64,000 bases of DNA from Piromyces finnis finn (taxonomy: Eukaryota > Fungi > Neocallimastigomycota), in NCBI GenBank assembly GCA_002104945.1, contig MCFH01000004.1, positions 1,240,001 through 1,304,000 of the forward strand. Direction: 5' to 3'. Shown piece by piece: positions 57,871 to 64,000 of this stretch (within the stretch, counting starts at the first letter, position 1; each line of letters starts with the position of its first letter). A program made the translations under genes and the position numbers. The notes under the pieces are model-generated. The model saw only the letters and a list, made by a program, of their open reading frames with translations. It had not been told where the DNA came from and ran no database searches.

Positions 57871-57958
57871 TCAGAAATGATGAAAACTTCAGATAAACAT
57901 AGCTGGAATTACCGGCTGAATTAAGAATGTTGAGAATATCTGGGCACATCTGATTAAT
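57871..57958 (+). ncRNA. snR77: Box C/D snoRNA, snR77 homolog (SSU rRNA Um578)
   Basis: Box C atgatga at 57877; guide agctggaattaccg is antisense to SSU CGGUAAUUCCAGCU; D' ctga 57916-57919, +5 nucleotide pairs the U of GGUAA; D ctga 57950-57953. Confidence 0.9.
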
Positions 57959-58059
57959 GATATAAATAATTTAAATTTTATTAATAAATTTATTGATATT
58001 AATTAATTATTAATAAAATTGTTAATAAAATTAATATATTTATAGCATATTATTATATT

Positions 58060-58156
58060 TTTAAATGATGGTGCGTCTTAGGACGCACTGGGCGCTGAAT
58101 ATATTTAATGTGTAGATAAAAATATAATGACCTTCAGAAAGTCATTCTGATAAAAA
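58060..58156 (+). ncRNA. snR76: Box C/D snoRNA, snR76 homolog (LSU rRNA Cm, yeast about C2197)
   Basis: Box C atgatgg at 58065; guide gcactgggc is antisense to LSU GCCCAGUGC; D' ctga 58095-58098, +5 selects a C; D ctga 58147-58150. Confidence 0.85.
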
Positions 58157-58260
58157 TATAATTTAAATATGTATATATATTGATAAATTTATTATTGATT
58201 CTAAATATATAAAATATTTAGTATAATAATAAATTAAATATTTTTAAATAAAAGAATATA

Positions 58261-58347
58261 ATCGAGATGAGGACTACTGATGACGAGTCAGAAGAGTTAT
58301 TCACTGTTGATAACCTTTTTTCTACCATTCATGCAAAACTGATCGAT
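58261..58347 (+). ncRNA. snR75: Box C/D snoRNA, snR75 homolog (LSU rRNA Gm, yeast about G2288)
   Basis: Terminal stem atcga/tcgat; box C atgagga at 58267; guide gatgacgag is antisense to LSU CUCGUCAUC; D' caga 58289-58292, +5 selects a G; second element ccattcatgc is antisense to nearby LSU GCAUGAAUGG; D ctga 58339-58342. Confidence 0.9.
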
Positions 58348-58452
58348 TGTATTTAATAAAAATTAATACTAATTAATTTTTAAATATTTTATTATAATTT
58401 AATATTATTTTTAATTAATTAGTATAATAATTATTTGTATAAAAATTGTTTA

Positions 58453-58535
58453 TCTTTAATGATGACAATATTTAAAAATAGACAAGCATATGTCTAAATA
58501 TTTTATGTTGAAAATATTTTAAAGTCTGAATTGAT
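58453..58535 (+). ncRNA. snR74: Box C/D snoRNA, snR74/U27 homolog (SSU rRNA Am28)
   Basis: Box C atgatga at 58459; guide agacaagcatatg is antisense to SSU CAUAUGCUUGUCU; D' ctaa 58494-58497, +5 selects an A; D ctga 58526-58529. Confidence 0.9.
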
Positions 58536-58620
58536 GATAAATGGAATTTAATATGATTTTAAAAATAATTTATATAAAATAATTATTTAAAATTATATTT
58601 GAGATATTGTAAATAAGGAA

Positions 58621-58705
58621 CTTTAATGATGAATTAATTTTTCACGACGGTCTAATGAAATATAATGATTAGACTGCCTGTGACAAGGCTTTAATACTGA
58701 TAAAG
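58621..58705 (+). ncRNA. snR73: Box C/D snoRNA, snR73/U35 homolog (LSU rRNA Cm, yeast about C2959)
   Basis: Terminal stem cttta/taaag; box C atgatga at 58626; guide tcacgacggtcta is antisense to LSU UAGACCGUCGUGA; D' atga 58655-58658, +5 selects a C; D ctga 58697-58700. Confidence 0.9.
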
Positions 58706-59409
58706 TTTCTTTTAATTTTTTGATAAATTTGTTATTATAAATATAGTATTAAATTTTTTATTTAAATTTTTATTGTCCAAAAATTTATTATTGATGTCCG
58801 AAAATATAAGTTTTAAAAGATGTGTTAAGTCCATGTGAATAATTTTAACAATATAAAATTATTAATTGTTCAAATTTTTATGTTAAAATGGAAAAACTGA
58901 GTAGTTTTTAAATTATAACTATTATAAAGTTGTATGAATTATTTTTTATATTTAAATTATTTCTAAATATGAAAATGTATATTTCAAAGATATTTATTAT
59001 TTGTTATTAATTTTATATGAAATGAAAAAATTATAATGTAAATTTAAAAAGTTATATTTAACTTTATTCAAAAATGACTATTATTATTTTTATTATTTTT
59101 ATAAGTAATTGATTTTTTAATATGAAATTTAATATCTTAAATTTATTATATATTCCAATTACTTTTAATGATTCAAATAAATTAGAAAAAAGAATAGGTG
59201 ATATATTTAAGATTGGTTCTAATGCTGCATGTTTCTTAGAAGAATATGTTGTCTAACAAAAATTAAGATGTTAAAAAATTTTTTGATGGGTTTAGTAAGA
59301 CACCTAATATAATCAAGAGTGTCGACGTCCTACCGCTATGGTAAAGGAAAATTTTTAATGTTCCGCACAGAGTTAAGTGTTTGTACTTCTTTGAATGAAA
59401 ACATTATGA

Positions 59410-59827
59410 ACTAACGATTTTATTAAATTATGTTATGATTACCCAGAGTTTGCCTATGGTTTCTATTGGCTTCGATTGAAAGCAAGAAGTGGATACAAGT
59501 TGGATGATAGAGTTGCCAAAGCTGCTAAATTTATTGATCCTGTTTGTCCTAACTACTGTCCATGTTGCAAGAGTGGCGATTAAAGTATTAAACATTGTTT
59601 ATTAGATTGTTCAACTTTTAGAGATATCCATATTAAACATTACAATCCCATAGTCCAGTTATTAAATTTTTTTTCAGTCAACGTAATTCCAACAGTCCTA
59701 TCAATAATAATGAAAATGTTAATAGTAGTAGAGATAGCAATAACATTAATAGTAATAATAATAATTTTAATAATAGTAGTAGTATGAATAGTAGTGAAGA
59801 TGATAATTCTACTTTAGATAGTAATTT

Positions 59828-59883
<56 letters not shown>

Positions 59884-60480
59884 GCGGTGAATATTAATGT
59901 GTATGCTTATTCTAGTGTGTGCAATAAAATATTTAAATTTCTTCTTGGAGGAAAAAGTTTTAACAATATCAATTACAATTCAAGGGAATGGAAAGAACTT
60001 TGCAAGTGTCAGATTCAATCGGGCACTAATGAAGGAACACCATTCTTGACGGTAACCGCAGAACTTCTACTAACCAAAATCATGCCTTTTGCTATATTGG
60101 TCAGCAATGGTCCATGTTCAAAAAGTTTGAAGCAACAGCTAAGAGCGTCAATGCTGAAGAAACAGCAAGACAGGCCAGGAAGACCGGCGCAACCAATGGA
60201 GATCCTAATATTTGTTCCATGATAAAATTTTGATCTTTGGCTCGGTGTCCCATTGGAAGTCAAATACAATTATTATACTTTAGTATAATAGTGGCTTTCT
60301 TACTTTAATTAAAATGACTCGAATACATTATACCCAATTTTTATTATTTGTGTTTATTTAAACCTTTTTTTTTTTTTTTTTTTTTTTATAACATGTATTA
60401 TATGTATTATAATTTTAATTAAATTAATAATAAAGTTTAAAAATAGTTGATGATGTTAAAACAAAAAAAAAAAAAGAAAA
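59410..60480 (+). mobile_element. Decayed, 5'-truncated copy of the same LINE (zinc-knuckle region, 3' UTR, degenerate poly-A)
   Basis: Aligns by eye to about 25195-26303 (gattttattaaattatgttatga...; cctaactactgtccatgttgcaag; gatctttggctcggtgtcccattggaagtc; aataataaagtttaaaa...gttaaaa followed by A-rich tail). Contains a nonsense change (caa to taa near 59581) and indels. No TSD found. Confidence 0.93.
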
Positions 60481-61237
60481 TCATGGGAGAGCCTAATACT
60501 ACTTTTTTTTTTTTTTATTTCCTTTAGTAGGAAGTAAATAAATTAAATTGCAGAGTTCATTGAACTTTTATGCAACCTAAATTATTTTATTTTCTTTTAT
60601 TTTTATATATATTTTTTTATTATTTTTATTTATCATTATAATGAAATTTCACAAATTAAATAAATACAAAAAGAAAAGTGTATTCTCTTCCTAATGAAAA
60701 AAAAAAAAATAGATTTTAGAATTAAAGACAAAGATAACAAAATTATTTAAACATATTTACATAGAGAATAAAGATTTTATAGTTTAAATTTTTTTAATAG
60801 ATTTATATAAACTTAATAAAAAAAAAAAACATTTTCATATAAAAGTATATCATATATATTTATTCTTTTCTTTCTTTAAATATTTATATAAAATAAAATA
60901 CAAAATGCATTATTTTCACATATAATATTATCTTTTACTAAAAGAATTAAAGACATACTATTCAACTAACTAATAATAATACATCATTACTAATATTTTA
61001 AAAGAAAAAAAAAAAAATTAATATTAATAAAAAAAATAAATTATTAAAGATTATTATATTATGAATGCTTAAAATCTAAAATTGCTTTTATTGTAAATGT
61101 TAATACAATGCAATATGTATTTATAAGTTGTTGTTGTTGTTGTTTTTTTTTTTTTTTTTTTTTGATTATAATAAATATACTATATAATTTATAAATGTAT
61201 TATGATAAAATAAAAATATAAAAATTCAATCTAGATT

Positions 61238-63127
61238 TTAAACTGGAGATCTTCTGCCACTGCTGTAGTGATATCTTGGTCTACGATCACGTTCGTATCT
61301 GTCATAACCTCTGTCATAGCCTCTATCATAACGATCATATCTATCATAACCTCTGTCTTGATAGCCACGTTCATATGGTCTATCATAGAATCTATCTTGA
61401 TAGCCACGATCATAGCCTCTACCATAATCTCTACGATCATAACGTGGTTCACGTGGATCATAACGATCAATTCTTGGATCATATCTATCTGGTTGACGGC
61501 GACCCACTATTTAATTAAAAATTATTTAATATTAAAAAATATATAAATTTTATTATTAATAATTTATAATTTATAATATTTATTTCAACTATAAACAATT
61601 ATTTCTTAATTTATTTTTTTCTTATATATTAAATTCATACTATATCTTGTTGGTCTTCTAGCCTTAGCGCCATGGTATCTACCTGGAGTTGGAGTACGTG
61701 GTCTTCCTCTCTTAGCCTATATATTTAAACGATCATATATATTATATATTTTAATATTATTTCTAATAAATAATGATTATAAGAACGTCATTTATATTGA
61801 TATATACCTTTTCTATAGTAATTTTCTTTCCATCGAGTTCATAACCTTGTAATTGTTCTCTAGCCTTATCAGCAGAATTATTTTCTTCAAAAGCAATAAA
61901 ACCAAAACCTCTGAATTTACCAGTATGTGGATCATACATAATTTGGCAATTGCTAACCTATAATAAAATAAAATAAAAATAATAACATTTATTAAACTAT
62001 TTATAACTAATTTATAATTAAAATATTAACACATACCTCACCATACTTAGAGAAAAGCTTCTTTAAATCTTCTGGCTTTGTAGTAGAAGAAATGTTACCA
62101 ACATATAAGTTATTACCCTTGTTTGGTGCATTATCAGCTCTATTTATAATTGAAAATACATAAAAATTACATTAATATTTATTATATTTTTATATTTTTC
62201 ATCCTTTTAAAAAATACTAGAATAAAAAAAAAGAACAAATGTAATTATTAATTTAAAATAAAATAATAATAAATTGTTGTAAAATGATGATAAATATGTT
62301 TATGTATTGAATTCATTTTAAAACACTAATATAATTTATAATGTATTTATATCTTTACATGGGGATAGGTGAATGTGGTGAGTGAGTTCTTTGAAGAGAA
62401 TGAGCTCTTTGTGGTGAATGAGCTCTTTGTGGAGAACGTGACATAGATCTTTCATGTGAGCGTTGTGGTGGAGAATGTGATCTTTGAGGTGAGCGTTGTG
62501 GTGAACGTTGAGGTGAGCGGGACATACGTTGTGGTGAGCGGGACAAGCGTTGTGGAGGTGAACGAGGTGAACGAGAGTCTGCTATTAATGTAAAAAAAAA
62601 TGTTTGATTATTTTGACAACATTTTTTGAAAAAAATATTTGTATGAATGTGGTGATACATAATAAAAATTGAAATTTCATAACTTATAATAAAAATGAAA
62701 TACATAATACAGAGAAATATAAATGTGAAAATAAAATAAAAAATAAAATGTGCTACGTGTAATTTCAATAAATATGCTTTTTTTCTTGCTTCTTAATTTT
62801 TCTTTTCTTTTAAAAAAAGAAAAGTACACATAAAAATTATTCATATTGTTTTTATTGAATTATACGTTTAACTTAATATAATATATTACTTAGATTATGA
62901 ATTTATATGATGTCTTAAAAAAATAATGTACTATGATTATTCATATTTTGTTTTATTGCTATTGTATTATTTTCATTTGAAGCCATTCATTGAAATACTT
63001 GATTTAAAAATAAAAAAAAAATAAAAAATAAAATCTAATAATAATATAAAAAAAAAAAAAAAAGCAATAAAAACAAAAAACAATTATTTTTCTCAATATT
63101 TTTTAAATCCTTACCGGAATCAGCCAT
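61238..63127 (-). CDS. SR-like RRM splicing factor (Tra2/SR45a-like), about 6 exons
   Basis: MADS|ADSRSPRSPPQR (RS/SP repeats); NLYVGNIS (RNP2); FRGFGFIAF (RNP1); ITIEK|AKRGRPRTPTPGRYHG, which is typical of this family; RD/RY-rich tail ending RRSPV*. Confidence 0.85.
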
Positions 63128-64000
63128 TCTAGATAATATATATTAAAAAATATAAATATATTTTGTTAATATAAGAGTTGATTAAAATAAGATTAGTTAT
63201 ATATTTTTTCTTTGATTATAAATTTAATTTTAATAAAGTAAAATTGATCTCTATATATTTCTTTGAAAATACATCATTATTTATAATATTCAATTATTTT
63301 TTAATTGATTGTTTGGTATTTATTTGTCTTAATTATTTCATCAAAAGTTAATATAGATCAAGTTTCTTTTTTAACTATATATGCAATAAAAAAAAAAAGA
63401 GAGAGAGAAAGATTGAACTACATATATAAAACTATATCAATATCCTACTACACTATTATTTTTATTTTAGTTTTCATTTCTACTAATTATTTGATGGTTA
63501 TTTTTATTTTAATTATTATATTTGTTTTCTTTTTTTTTTTTCTTTTTTTTAAAAAAATATTATATATATATATATATACTTTGCAACTTTATTTAAATTT
63601 ATGTATAAATCAAAATATAAACATTTACTTCTTTAATTAAGTTCCAAAAATTTGGTATTCGTAAATAAAATATTAAATTAAATAGATATATAAAAAAAGC
63701 AAAAATAAAAATATACAATTATAAAATATTATAATTTATTTTTACTATAACAAAAAATAAAATGAACAATTTTATTTTATTTCCTATTAGTAAATAAAAA
63801 TAAAATAAAATTATAATAATTTTGATAAAAAAATTTTTTTTTTACTTTGTTTATTTCCAAAAAAAAAAAAAAAAAAAAAAATATTATAATAATAATAATT
63901 CATTAATAATATATTGTATAATATATTTAATTATATTATTGTATTATAACATATATTAATATATATATTATATATATTAATATAACCATACATTAAACAC

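Noticed and set aside
59305-59325. 16-mer aatcaagagtgtcgac matches the reverse strand of the LINE 5' UTR (about 21200-21215) at 15 of 16 positions
   Set aside because: The flanks do not align convincingly, so it is probably chance; a proper local alignment would settle it.
61231-61546. Four overlapping ORFs in different frames at the 3' end of the SR-like gene
   Set aside because: They are caused by the repetitive RD/RY-coding sequence; only the 61238-61507 frame continues the spliced protein.

Overview
Very AT-rich, intron-rich eukaryotic DNA with long poly-A/T tracts and poly-Asn codons. Gene types and snoRNA content point to a fungus, most plausibly an anaerobic gut fungus (Neocallimastigomycota); this is an inference, not shown. 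Most of the window is single-copy spliced housekeeping genes: a partial transcriptional cyclin, a ~3100-aa Fmp27/Hobbit lipid-transfer protein, myosin regulatory light chain, PI31, an aromatic-acid-exporter/FUSC-like membrane protein, MPP-beta, Pex11C, a HAD phosphatase, an LRR-TM-SH3 protein, DUF167, Sly1, Erv29/SURF4, AMPK-beta, a Tho1/MOS11-like protein, V-ATPase subunit C, a Pih1-like protein and a Tra2/SR45a-like RRM protein. Two things are not explained by the ORF track. (1) A cluster of six box C/D snoRNAs at 57681-58705 whose rRNA guides match yeast snR78, 77, 76, 75, 74 and 73 in the yeast order; it lies head-to-head with the gene for a Pih1-like protein, the R2TP factor that assembles box C/D snoRNPs. 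(2) Three copies of one non-LTR retrotransposon family: an intact full-length copy (20615-26303) with a 15-bp TSD, poly-A tail, two structured 124-bp 5' monomers and a single ORF (RRM-like N-terminus, APE, RT, CCHC); a ~90-bp 5'-truncated copy with its own TSD; and a decayed 3' copy. Exon boundaries and RNA pairings were read by eye and no database searches were run.
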